The translations under genes were made by a program, and so were the position numbers. Of a DNA stretch of 64,000 nucleotides, positions 52,773 to 61,026 are shown piece by piece. This stretch comes from Oscillospiraceae bacterium. Its GTDB lineage: Bacteria > Bacillota > Clostridia > Oscillospirales > Oscillospiraceae. Numbering within the stretch: the stretch's first letter is position 1; each line of letters starts with the position of its first letter. Location: contig CACWLG010000005.1 in NCBI GenBank assembly GCA_902761635.1, forward strand, positions 24,819-88,818, read 5' to 3'. The notes under the pieces are model-generated. The model was not told the DNA's origin. It saw only the letters and a program-made list of their open reading frames with translations, and ran no database searches.

Positions 52773-54221
52773 ATGAAAACAAAAAGATTCCTGAGCTGCC
52801 TTGCCGCCCTGTGCCTGACGGGAGCACTCCTGTGGGGGCTGACCTGGCTGACCCAGAAAAAGGACAGTTATGCCAAAAACGCAGAGTTTTTTGAGCAGAA
52901 GGCGGATTACGACGTGTTCTTTGTCGGCTCCAGCCGCCCCATGAACGGTATCTTCCCCATGGAACTGTGGGAGGATCACGGCTTTGTCTCCTATAACTGG
53001 GCCCAGGCGGGGCACCCGCCTCCCGCCTACTATTGGGTCATGCGCCTGGCTCTGGACTATAAGCAGCCGAAGCTCATGGTCATCGACTGCTACGGCATGC
53101 ACTTTGACGCAAAGACTACCGCAGTCTTCGGCCTGATGCACATTTCAATGGACAGCTTTCCCCTCAGCCTCAACAAGATCCGCGCCGTGCGCGACATGCT
53201 GGACGACCCGGCCATGACGGAGGAGTTCAACGAGGGGGAGCGCCGCAGCGCCTTCAACCTCCTGTGGACCTTCCCTGTCTTTCACTCCCGCTGGAGCCAA
53301 CTGACGGCGGAGGACTTTTACCCGCAGAAGAGCCTGACCCGCGGGGCCATCGCAAACAACGAAATCTACGGCGGTGAATTCGTGCCCGATGACAGCGAGA
53401 AGGGCGCGGTCTTCGATACGGTGGGGGTAAAGTATCTGCGCCGTGCCATCGAGGAGTGCCAGAGCCGGGGCATCGAGGTCCTCGTAACCTTTCTGCCGCT
53501 CTATGCCGACGCCCATCAGCAGGCTGCGGCGGAATATGCGGGAAAGATCGCGGCGGAATACGGGGTGGACTATCTCAACTTCTTCGACCTGGATGTGGTG
53601 AACTACCATATCGACTTTGCCGACAGCGCCGGACACCTGAATACTGCGGGCGCGCGGAAGGTGACAGAGTACCTCGGCAATTATATCGCCGGGCGCTATG
53701 GAATCCCCGATCACCGGGGCGAGGAGGCTTATGCCGACTGGGCGCGGGATCATCAGCTCTATACGCAGAAAAAGAATGAGACGCTCCGCACCGAGGAAGA
53801 TCTTTACCGCTATCTCATGCTCCTGGAGCGGGATGCGGTGGATGCGGCCCTCTTTGTCCGGGACACGGAGCTGTTCCGGGACCCGATCGCAGCGGAGTTG
53901 CTTGCGGCCCTCGGCGTTGAAACGGAACAGTGCGGCGCGGAGACAAAGCTCATCCTCATCCGTCACGGCGGGGAGCGCACCGCGGTCCTGAACCGCCTGC
54001 CGAAGCCCGGCGAGAGCCTGGAGACGGCGGCGGGCACGCTCGGCGGCGGGGAGGGTCTGACGCTTGACGGCATGCCTCTTGCCTCACCGACAGAGGAGGG
54101 TGACCTTTGCGCCTGCATTCTGCGCGACGGCGAGCAGATCGACTGCGCGCGCTTTCGCTACACCTTTGATGCCTCACGCGGCGTCGTCAGCCAATACGGC
54201 GTGAGCCGGGAAACCGCATGA
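52773..54221 (+). CDS. Membrane-anchored MBOAT partner protein (PatB/DltD/SGNH-like; function uncertain)
   Basis: 482 aa with an N-terminal TM anchor. FFVGSSRPMNG resembles a GSS catalytic-Ser block. It starts 15 nt after the MBOAT gene. Confidence 0.5.
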   Translation: MKTKRFLSCLAALCLTGALLWGLTWLTQKKDSYAKNAEFFEQKADYDVFFVGSSRPMNGIFPMELWEDHGFVSYNWAQAGHPPPAYYWVMRLALDYKQPKLMVIDCYGMHFDAKTTAVFGLMHISMDSFPLSLNKIRAVRDMLDDPAMTEEFNEGERRSAFNLLWTFPVFHSRWSQLTAEDFYPQKSLTRGAIANNEIYGGEFVPDDSEKGAVFDTVGVKYLRRAIEECQSRGIEVLVTFLPLYADAHQQAAAEYAGKIAAEYGVDYLNFFDLDVVNYHIDFADSAGHLNTAGARKVTEYLGNYIAGRYGIPDHRGEEAYADWARDHQLYTQKKNETLRTEEDLYRYLMLLERDAVDAALFVRDTELFRDPIAAELLAALGVETEQCGAETKLILIRHGGERTAVLNRLPKPGESLETAAGTLGGGEGLTLDGMPLASPTEEGDLCACILRDGEQIDCARFRYTFDASRGVVSQYGVSRETA

Positions 54222-54249
54222 AAAGCCAGGCACTTTTGCCTGGCTTTTC
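54222..54249 (+). terminator. Rho-independent terminator
   Basis: AAAGCCAGGCA / TGCCTGGCTTT form the stem, followed by a T-run. Confidence 0.65.
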
Positions 54250-54343
54250 CGCTGCTCTCTGACAGGGCAGACCTTCCGGCAAGGGTAAGAACGGTACGCC
54301 CATGCTGTGTCCTGCGTATTATGGGAATCGGAGACAAAAGCAC

Positions 54344-54373
54344 TTGCGTATAAAGATACAGGCATGGTATAAT
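54344..54373 (+). promoter_or_regulatory. Sigma-A-type promoter of the DUF2156-MATE-partner-switch operon
   Basis: TTGCGT-18 nt-TATAAT with a TGn extended -10 element. Confidence 0.5.
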
Positions 54374-54415
54374 AAAGAATAATTTGTTATGACATACAGG
54401 GGGATAGGAAACAGA

Positions 54416-55258
54416 ATGGATTTTCGTCCGCTGTGCCTGGAGGATCGGGCATGGATCACGGAATGCCGGGACATACAGGCAAATCCTTTTACGGCGCTTT
54501 CCTTCCCGTCTCTTTATTCTTGGCGTAATGCCTACGGTTATACCGTCACCGGGGATGAGAACTTCTTCGTGATCCGCAGTGCGCATGACGAGGGCTATTA
54601 CTGCCCCTGCGGAGACCCGGAAAAGTGCAGCGCTTTTCTTGACGGCCTGGAAAGACCGGGCCGGGTTCTGTATCTGACACGCCAGCAGGCCGAGAGCCTG
54701 GCGGGGCGCGGCTGGTCCGTCCGGCACCGGGAGGATCTGAGTGAGTACATTGTCTCCGTTGCGGCCGAGGCGCTTCGGGAGGGGCACATTTCCAAGAGCT
54801 TTCGGGATAAGTGCCGCCGCTTTAAGAAAACCTATGCCTACACGATCAGCGTACCGGGGCCTGAACAGAAGCTGCTCATGCGTCAGATTCTCCGTAAGGT
54901 GCGCCTGGACCCGCGAGAGGCGGTCATGGGTGACATCAGCGTTCTGTCTACGGAGATAGAATACAGCGAACAGCTCGGCCTGCGCACTTACCTGCTGCAG
55001 ACGGAAGGCAAGGGGAATGCCCTGTTCGCCGGCTATGAGAACAAGCCGGACATGTTTACCATGACGATGGTCAAGCACGATCCGACTCTCCCGCCGGAGA
55101 CCACAGCCGTCTGCGTCCATGAGCTGGCACGGCTGCTGGACGGGCAGTACCTGTACATGAATTTGGAAGAGGATCTCGGGCTTGAGGGACTGCGCAGGTC
55201 CAAAATGCTCTACAGTCCTGTGGATCGCCTGGAGGTTTATGAGGCATTCAAAGAGTGA
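54416..55258 (+). CDS. DUF2156-like protein (MprF C-terminal synthase-like, GNAT fold)
   Basis: The start is taken at MDFRPLCLEDRAWI.. . The pattern ..FTALSFPSLYSWRNAYGY..ENFFVIRS resembles the DUF2156 N-terminal region. Assigned by eye only. Confidence 0.5.
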   Translation: MDFRPLCLEDRAWITECRDIQANPFTALSFPSLYSWRNAYGYTVTGDENFFVIRSAHDEGYYCPCGDPEKCSAFLDGLERPGRVLYLTRQQAESLAGRGWSVRHREDLSEYIVSVAAEALREGHISKSFRDKCRRFKKTYAYTISVPGPEQKLLMRQILRKVRLDPREAVMGDISVLSTEIEYSEQLGLRTYLLQTEGKGNALFAGYENKPDMFTMTMVKHDPTLPPETTAVCVHELARLLDGQYLYMNLEEDLGLEGLRRSKMLYSPVDRLEVYEAFKE

Positions 55259-57030
55259 AGAACAATCATTATATCTGCCGCAGAATGTTTTTCCAGGTGC
55301 TGTGGCCTTCTCTGATTTCCGCCGCGGCGCTGTCTGCCGCCAATATGGCGGATGCGGTCGCCCTCGGCAACCGCATGGGGGAGAGCGGCCTTGCGGCAAT
55401 CGGCATCGTGACGCCGCTGTATATGTTATACAACGTGGTGGGCCTTGCCATCTCCACAGGCGGCGGCGTGACGCACAGCGGCCTCACTGCTGAAGGAAAA
55501 GAGGAAGAGGCCCTTGCCCACTTCCGGAGCCTGGGGATCCTGGCACTCTCGGTGGGCGTCCTGTTTGCCGTGCTGGGCAATGTACTGATGGAGCCGATTC
55601 TCCGCCTGCTGGGCGCCGGCAAGGCGCAGCAGGGCATTATGGCTCTGTGTGAACAATACGCGCGGCCTGTCTTTATCAGCGCGCCGGTCTTCATGCTAAA
55701 CTATCTGTTATATGACATTGTGCGCTGTGACAACGGCACGCGGCGCGCGACGCTTGGCTTTTCGGTGGGATGCATTACGGATGTGGCGCTCAACATCCTT
55801 TTCGTGATGCTTCTGGGCTGGGGGCTGCGCGGCTCTGCCTTGGCCACGGTGATCGCCCAGTGTATGAGCGTTTTGATTATGCTGCCGCATTTTTTCAGCG
55901 ACAGCGGCGTCCTGCAGTTCCGGCGGCTTCGCGGCCGGCTTCACGGCGGTGCTGTGCCGGCTCTCGTAGGCCGCTCCGTCAGGATCGGCTTTTCGACCTC
56001 GGCGCGCTATATCTTCCAGTTCCTGTTTCTGATGCAGGGCAACCGTCTACTGCTGAAGGCCGGTGAGCGCAGCATCATCAACGGGGAGGTCTATGTCGCG
56101 GTCTTCGACGTGATTATGAACGTATCCTATCTCGCCCATGGAATTTACCAGGCCTATTCTGATACCATGCAGCCGCTTGCCGCAACCTTCCATGCCGAGC
56201 ATGACGCGGATGATCTGCGTTACCTGCTCAGACTTGCGACCCGCCATGGGCTTGCGGTGGGCATGACAGCGGGCGTGCTGCTGTGCGTGTTCGCAAAGCC
56301 GGTATCGTATATATTCGGCCTCACGGACCCGAAGACGCTGGAGGTCTCCGTGAGGGCGATCCCGATCTTCTGCCTGAGCACGCCCTTTGCCGGCATCACC
56401 ATCATCCTCACGGGCTTCTACCAGTCCACGGGGCAGGTGAAGCTTGCAAGCCTTGCGACAAGCTTTCGCACTCTGGTCTTTCTCCTGCCGCTCACCTTTA
56501 CGGCAGGCCGGTTCTTCCCGCATGAGTTCTGGTGGCTCTTCCTGGCAAGCGAGGCAGGCTCGCTCGCCTCGCTGGTCGTCGCGGCGGGGATCAACGGAAA
56601 GAAGACGAGGCAGCACACAAGGGTACCGGTCGTTACGGCAACCCTGGGTCCGGACAAGCGGGAGTTCGGACCGGTCATGGAGCGGGTCGCGGCTTTCTGC
56701 GAAGAGCAGCAGATCCCCCGGAAGCAGGCCATGCTGATCGAGCAGGCGGTGGAGGAGCTGTGCCTCGTCACCTGGGTGAAGGCCTTCAACGGAGGACCGG
56801 ATGAATACATCTGCCTCACGCTGGCGGCGGAGGAGAACGGAGAGTACGTCCTGTATATCCGCAACAGCGCACCCTACTTCAATCCCCTTACCATGCGCAT
56901 GGACAGGATAAGCGCCGGATCGCAGACAGAACTGAGCGACTCCGCAGGCGTGATGATGATAAAAAATCGGGTGAAGGATCTGCGCTTTCGCAATTATCAG
57001 GGGTTTAACGTGATGACGGTCAGGATCTGA
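55255..57030 (+). CDS. MATE/MOP-family transporter with a C-terminal RsbW-like (HATPase_c_2-like) domain
   Basis: A GTG start overlaps the upstream stop. About 450 aa form a 12-TM MATE core (FFQVLWPSLISAA..). The C-terminal 140 aa or so aligns by eye with the stand-alone RsbW-like protein at 58727-59137. Confidence 0.75.
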   Translation: MKNNHYICRRMFFQVLWPSLISAAALSAANMADAVALGNRMGESGLAAIGIVTPLYMLYNVVGLAISTGGGVTHSGLTAEGKEEEALAHFRSLGILALSVGVLFAVLGNVLMEPILRLLGAGKAQQGIMALCEQYARPVFISAPVFMLNYLLYDIVRCDNGTRRATLGFSVGCITDVALNILFVMLLGWGLRGSALATVIAQCMSVLIMLPHFFSDSGVLQFRRLRGRLHGGAVPALVGRSVRIGFSTSARYIFQFLFLMQGNRLLLKAGERSIINGEVYVAVFDVIMNVSYLAHGIYQAYSDTMQPLAATFHAEHDADDLRYLLRLATRHGLAVGMTAGVLLCVFAKPVSYIFGLTDPKTLEVSVRAIPIFCLSTPFAGITIILTGFYQSTGQVKLASLATSFRTLVFLLPLTFTAGRFFPHEFWWLFLASEAGSLASLVVAAGINGKKTRQHTRVPVVTATLGPDKREFGPVMERVAAFCEEQQIPRKQAMLIEQAVEELCLVTWVKAFNGGPDEYICLTLAAEENGEYVLYIRNSAPYFNPLTMRMDRISAGSQTELSDSAGVMMIKNRVKDLRFRNYQGFNVMTVRI

Positions 57031-57047
57031 CCGGACGGCGAAAAGAG

Positions 57048-58730
57048 GTGACATATTTGGAAAAGAAAAAGCAAAGAGTTTCCATGTCTGTCAAGCTGAA
57101 TGCGCTGACAATGGTCATTATTCTGGCCCTGTCCGCTGTTCTGATCATCATTGCCTATGACGTGAACAGCCGGCAGGTGGATACATACTATAAGGCAATG
57201 ACCGCCAATGGCGCCCGCACCGTAGCGTCTTTTCTGGACGGGGATTGGATCGACGGCTTTGTGGACACAATTCAGTCTGAGGAGTATCAGAAGCTGCGCA
57301 CAAAAGCCATCGAAGCAAAGGACGAAGAGATGATCCGGCAGTACCTGGTTCAGAACGGCTGGTATGAGGGCTTTGAAACGGTGCGCGATATGCTCGGGCA
57401 GTACAGGGACAGGCTGGGCGTGGCCTATGTCTATACCGTCACGCTGGAGGGGGAGGACAGCTTTACCATCATCGACCCCGATGAGAATCTGTTCTATATT
57501 GGCACCTTCATCCCGCTCCCGCCGGAGTTTCATGATCTCAAGGAAGGGCAGGCGATCGAGCCTACCGTCTCTGTGACAGATTACGGCTGGCTCTGCTCGG
57601 CCTATGATATCATCCAGACCTCCAAAGGCGGGTATGCCGCCCTTGTGGGGGTGGATATCGACATGACCGAGGTCATGACCGAGCGGGAGGCCTTTCTGAA
57701 GCGGATGATCATCTCCTCGGGCGGTCTGCTCCTCATCTCCATCCTCGCCTCGGTCCTGCTGATGCACAAGGTGGTGGTTGATCCCCTGAAAATGCTCTCT
57801 GACGCGACCAGAGGCTTTACCGAGCACGATCACGGCTTTAAGAAGGAGGATATCATCTCCCTGCCGATCACGGCCAATGATGAGATCGGCGACCTGTATC
57901 AGGTGATCCGGACCATGCAGGGAAAGATCGTCGAGTATCTGGACAATCTCACCAGCGTCACCGCCGAGAAGGAGCGCATCAGCGCGGAGCTGAGCATTGC
58001 CACCCAGATCCAGGCTGACATGCTGCCCCGCATCTTCCCGCCCTTCCCGTCCAGGCATGACTTTGACATCTACGCCACCATGACGCCTGCCAAGGAAGTG
58101 GGCGGCGACTTCTATGATTTCTTCCTGATTGACGATGATCACCTGGGCCTTGTGATGGCGGACGTGTCCGGCAAGGGTGTGCCGGCGGCCCTTTTCATGG
58201 TGATCGCCAAGACCCTCATCAAAAACCGTACGATGATGGGCACCGGCCCTGCCGAGGTGCTGCACCATGTCAATGAGCAGCTTTGCGAGGGAAATGAGGC
58301 GGAGCTGTTTGTGACGGTGTGGCTTGCGATCGTGGAGCTGTCCACGGGCAAGGGCCTTGCCGCCAATGCCGGGCATGAGCACCCTGTCATCCGGCATGCG
58401 GACGGGCAGTATGAGCTGGTGGTATACCGCCATTCGCCGGCAGTGGCGATCATGGAGGGCATGCGCTTTCAGGAGCACAGCTTCGAGCTCAAACCGGGCG
58501 ATTCGATCTTCGTCTATACCGACGGGGTAACGGAGTCCACCAATGCGGACAACGAGCTTTTCGGCACCGACAGATTGCTGGAAGCGCTCAACCGCAATCC
58601 GGACGCATCACCGGCGGAGCTGCTGCCGCAGGTCAAGGCGGCGATCGACAGCTTTGTGGGCGAAGCGCCGCAGTTCGACGACATCACCATGATGTGTATG
58701 CAATATAACGGTGCGGAGGTGAAAACGTGA
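57048..58730 (+). CDS. Membrane sensor PP2C phosphatase (RsbU/SpoIIE family) with an extracytoplasmic domain and HAMP
   Basis: Two TM segments flank a domain of about 190 aa. A HAMP domain (..ANDEIGDLYQVIRTMQ) is followed by the SpoIIE motif GGDFYDFFLIDDDHLGLVMADVSGKGVPAALFM. The start may instead be the TTG at 57057, after AAGAGGTG. Confidence 0.8.
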   Translation: MTYLEKKKQRVSMSVKLNALTMVIILALSAVLIIIAYDVNSRQVDTYYKAMTANGARTVASFLDGDWIDGFVDTIQSEEYQKLRTKAIEAKDEEMIRQYLVQNGWYEGFETVRDMLGQYRDRLGVAYVYTVTLEGEDSFTIIDPDENLFYIGTFIPLPPEFHDLKEGQAIEPTVSVTDYGWLCSAYDIIQTSKGGYAALVGVDIDMTEVMTEREAFLKRMIISSGGLLLISILASVLLMHKVVVDPLKMLSDATRGFTEHDHGFKKEDIISLPITANDEIGDLYQVIRTMQGKIVEYLDNLTSVTAEKERISAELSIATQIQADMLPRIFPPFPSRHDFDIYATMTPAKEVGGDFYDFFLIDDDHLGLVMADVSGKGVPAALFMVIAKTLIKNRTMMGTGPAEVLHHVNEQLCEGNEAELFVTVWLAIVELSTGKGLAANAGHEHPVIRHADGQYELVVYRHSPAVAIMEGMRFQEHSFELKPGDSIFVYTDGVTESTNADNELFGTDRLLEALNRNPDASPAELLPQVKAAIDSFVGEAPQFDDITMMCMQYNGAEVKT

Positions 58731-59137
58731 AGGAAATAACACTGGATGCAAAGCTTGGGAACCTGGATGAGGTCCTTGCCTTTGTGGACAGCCGCCTGGA
58801 GGAGCTGGAGTGCCCCGTGAAGGCGCAGATGCAGATCGACGTAGCGGTGGAGGAGATCTTTGTCAATATCGCAAGCTACGCCTATGAAGGGCAGCCAGGC
58901 AGCGCCACCATCAGGATGGAGATCAGACAGAACCCGAAAAGTGCTGAGATCACTTTTCTCGACCGGGGAATCCCCTACAACCCGGTGGAAAAGGAGGACC
59001 CGGACGTCTCTCTCCCGATAGAGAAGAGAAGGATCGGCGGCCTCGGAATTTATATGGTAAAAAAGAGCATGGACGAAATGCTCTATGAACGCAGGGACGG
59101 ATACAATATTCTGACCATCATCAAAAAAATATCATGA
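58727..59137 (+). CDS. Anti-sigma-factor-type serine kinase (RsbW/SpoIIAB-like)
   Basis: A GTG start follows GGAGGTG and overlaps the upstream stop. Contains ..DVAVEEIFVNIASYAY.. and ..RRIGGLGIYMVKKSMDE (N-box and G-box). Confidence 0.75.
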   Translation: MKEITLDAKLGNLDEVLAFVDSRLEELECPVKAQMQIDVAVEEIFVNIASYAYEGQPGSATIRMEIRQNPKSAEITFLDRGIPYNPVEKEDPDVSLPIEKRRIGGLGIYMVKKSMDEMLYERRDGYNILTIIKKIS

Positions 59138-59156
59138 GGAAAAGGAGAATAATATC

Positions 59157-59456
59157 ATGCTGAACATTATCAAGAACCTGGATCATAAGACCCTCACGAT
59201 CGCCCTGGAGGGGCGCCTCGATACCACTACCGCACCGCAGCTTGAAACGGAACTGAAGAGCGACGTTGCCGATGTCACGCTTCTCATCATGGATTTTGAG
59301 AAGCTCGACTACATATCCTCCGCTGGCCTTCGCGTGCTGCTCTCGGCTCAGAAGGTCATGAACAAGCAGGGCACGATGAAGATCATCCACGTCAGCGATG
59401 CCATCAACGATATTTTTGAGGTGACGGGCTTCAGCGATATTCTGAATATCGAATAA
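59157..59456 (+). CDS. STAS-domain anti-sigma-factor antagonist (RsbV/SpoIIAA-like)
   Basis: 99 aa with an AAGGAG SD. DFEKLDYISSAGLRVLL contains the phosphorylatable Ser motif (D.ISSAGL). Confidence 0.85.
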   Translation: MLNIIKNLDHKTLTIALEGRLDTTTAPQLETELKSDVADVTLLIMDFEKLDYISSAGLRVLLSAQKVMNKQGTMKIIHVSDAINDIFEVTGFSDILNIE

Positions 59457-59458
59457 GC

Positions 59459-60259
59459 ATGGCTTCAGAGACCGGAATGAAACTGACAGTGCTGGGCGCA
59501 CGGGGCTCCATGGCCGTCAGCGAAAAGGGGCGGGAGCGCTTTGGCGGCGCCACCTCCTGTTATATGGTGCAGGCCGGTGATGATTGTGTCTTTCTCGACG
59601 CGGGCAGCGGCCTGCTTTCGGCGCCTGTGCGCTTCCCCAAACCGCCGCTGATCCTGCTGAGCCATCTGCATCTGGACCACGTGCTCGGCCTGGGCATGTA
59701 CGCGCGGCTGCTGCTGGAGGGAGAAAAAACCGTGATCTGCGTCCCGGCGGACAATGATGAGGATGCCCGCGCACAGCTCAACAGCCTGTTCTCACCGCCT
59801 TACTGGCCGGTGGCGCTGGAGGAGTACCGGGGAGATGTGGTAATCCGCTGCACCGTCACGCCCATGCAGGTCGGGTCAATCCATGTTGAGAGCATCCCCG
59901 GCAATCATCCCAGCGGCTGCTGCGTATTCAAGCTCAGCTGCGGGGAGAAGTCTCTGGTCTATGCCACCGACTATGAGCATGATGAGGCAAGCTTTGACAG
60001 ACTCACGGAATTTGCCGCAGGGACCGATCTGCTGCTCTATGACGGACAGTACGACGAGGAAGAATATCTGAGAAACAAGGGCTTTGGACATTCCACGCCA
60101 AACAAGGGGATCGAGCTGATGGAGCGCAGCGGGGCAAAGCACCTGCTTCTGGTGCACCACAGCCCCTTTGCCTTGGACACGCAGCTGCTGCTCAGGCAGA
60201 GCCTGATCGGGCGCAGCAATGTCAGCTTTGCACGGGAAGGGGAGGTGTTGAGCATATGA
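59459..60259 (+). CDS. MBL-fold metallo-hydrolase
   Basis: 266 aa containing the HxHxDH motif (SHLHLDHVLG). It starts 2 nt after the STAS gene stop. Confidence 0.75.
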   Translation: MASETGMKLTVLGARGSMAVSEKGRERFGGATSCYMVQAGDDCVFLDAGSGLLSAPVRFPKPPLILLSHLHLDHVLGLGMYARLLLEGEKTVICVPADNDEDARAQLNSLFSPPYWPVALEEYRGDVVIRCTVTPMQVGSIHVESIPGNHPSGCCVFKLSCGEKSLVYATDYEHDEASFDRLTEFAAGTDLLLYDGQYDEEEYLRNKGFGHSTPNKGIELMERSGAKHLLLVHHSPFALDTQLLLRQSLIGRSNVSFAREGEVLSI

Positions 60260-61026
60260 GCGTGAATCCGGAAGAGGAAATCAGAACGCTGCAGGAGGAA
60301 AACGAAGCGCTGCACCAGACCCTTCGGGAGAGGGAAGAGTTTATCCACCACACCTTCGGACGCTATCTCACCGATGAGGTCCTGGAAGAGATCCTGTCGG
60401 AGAAGGGCAAGTTCCGTATCGGGGGCGAGCGGCGCGTTGTGTCGATGCTCTTTGCCGATTTGCGTGGGTCCACAGCCCTCTCCGAGGAGATGGATCCGGC
60501 TGATTTTATCCGTATGCTCAATCACTTTTTCGGGGAGCTGATCGAGATCATCAACGCCTGGCAGGGGAATATCCTGGATTTTGTGGGTGATGAGATCGTG
60601 GTCGTCTTCGGCGCTCCGCGGCAGAGCACCTATACCTCACGCGACGCCGCGGGCTGCGCGGTCGCCATGCAGCGGCGCATGACTTTCGTCAACGAGTGGA
60701 ACCGAACGCAGGGCTATCCTGAGATCTCCATGGGGATCGGACTTCACACAGGGGAGGCCATCCTCGGCAATATCGGCTCGGAGACGCGCACCAAATATGA
60801 CATGATCGGCCGCAACGTCAATCTGGCCTCCCGCGTGCAGAGCTATACCGGCGGCGGGCAGATCCTGGCGACCGAGGAGCTGGTGGAGGCGGCAGGCGAT
60901 CAGGTGCTGATCAATGAGAGCGGCTGCATCTGGGTCGAGCCCAAGGGCATCCAGGGCAAAATCAAGCTCTACGATATTATCGGCTTTGGGAAGCAGCGGA
61001 TACCGGAGGTCGCAGAAAATGACTGA
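60256..61026 (+). CDS. Class III nucleotidyl cyclase (CHD domain) with a short coiled-coil N-terminus
   Basis: VVSMLFADLRGSTALSE, DFVGDEIVVVFGAP, GLHTGEAILGNIG and YDMIGRNVNLASRVQ are class III motifs. The start overlaps the MBL stop (ATGA). Confidence 0.85.
   Translation: MSVNPEEEIRTLQEENEALHQTLREREEFIHHTFGRYLTDEVLEEILSEKGKFRIGGERRVVSMLFADLRGSTALSEEMDPADFIRMLNHFFGELIEIINAWQGNILDFVGDEIVVVFGAPRQSTYTSRDAAGCAVAMQRRMTFVNEWNRTQGYPEISMGIGLHTGEAILGNIGSETRTKYDMIGRNVNLASRVQSYTGGGQILATEELVEAAGDQVLINESGCIWVEPKGIQGKIKLYDIIGFGKQRIPEVAEND

Noticed and set aside
47213-58478. Shadow ORFs 47213-47998(-), 47946-48926(-), 48887-50212(-), 51222-53141(-), 54158-55399(-), 56047-57054(-) and 56997-58478(-).
   Set aside because: For the same reasons as above: they are antisense to the pilin-like gene, pilD, pilM, MBOAT, DUF2156, MATE and RsbU-like genes, and have no motifs of their own.
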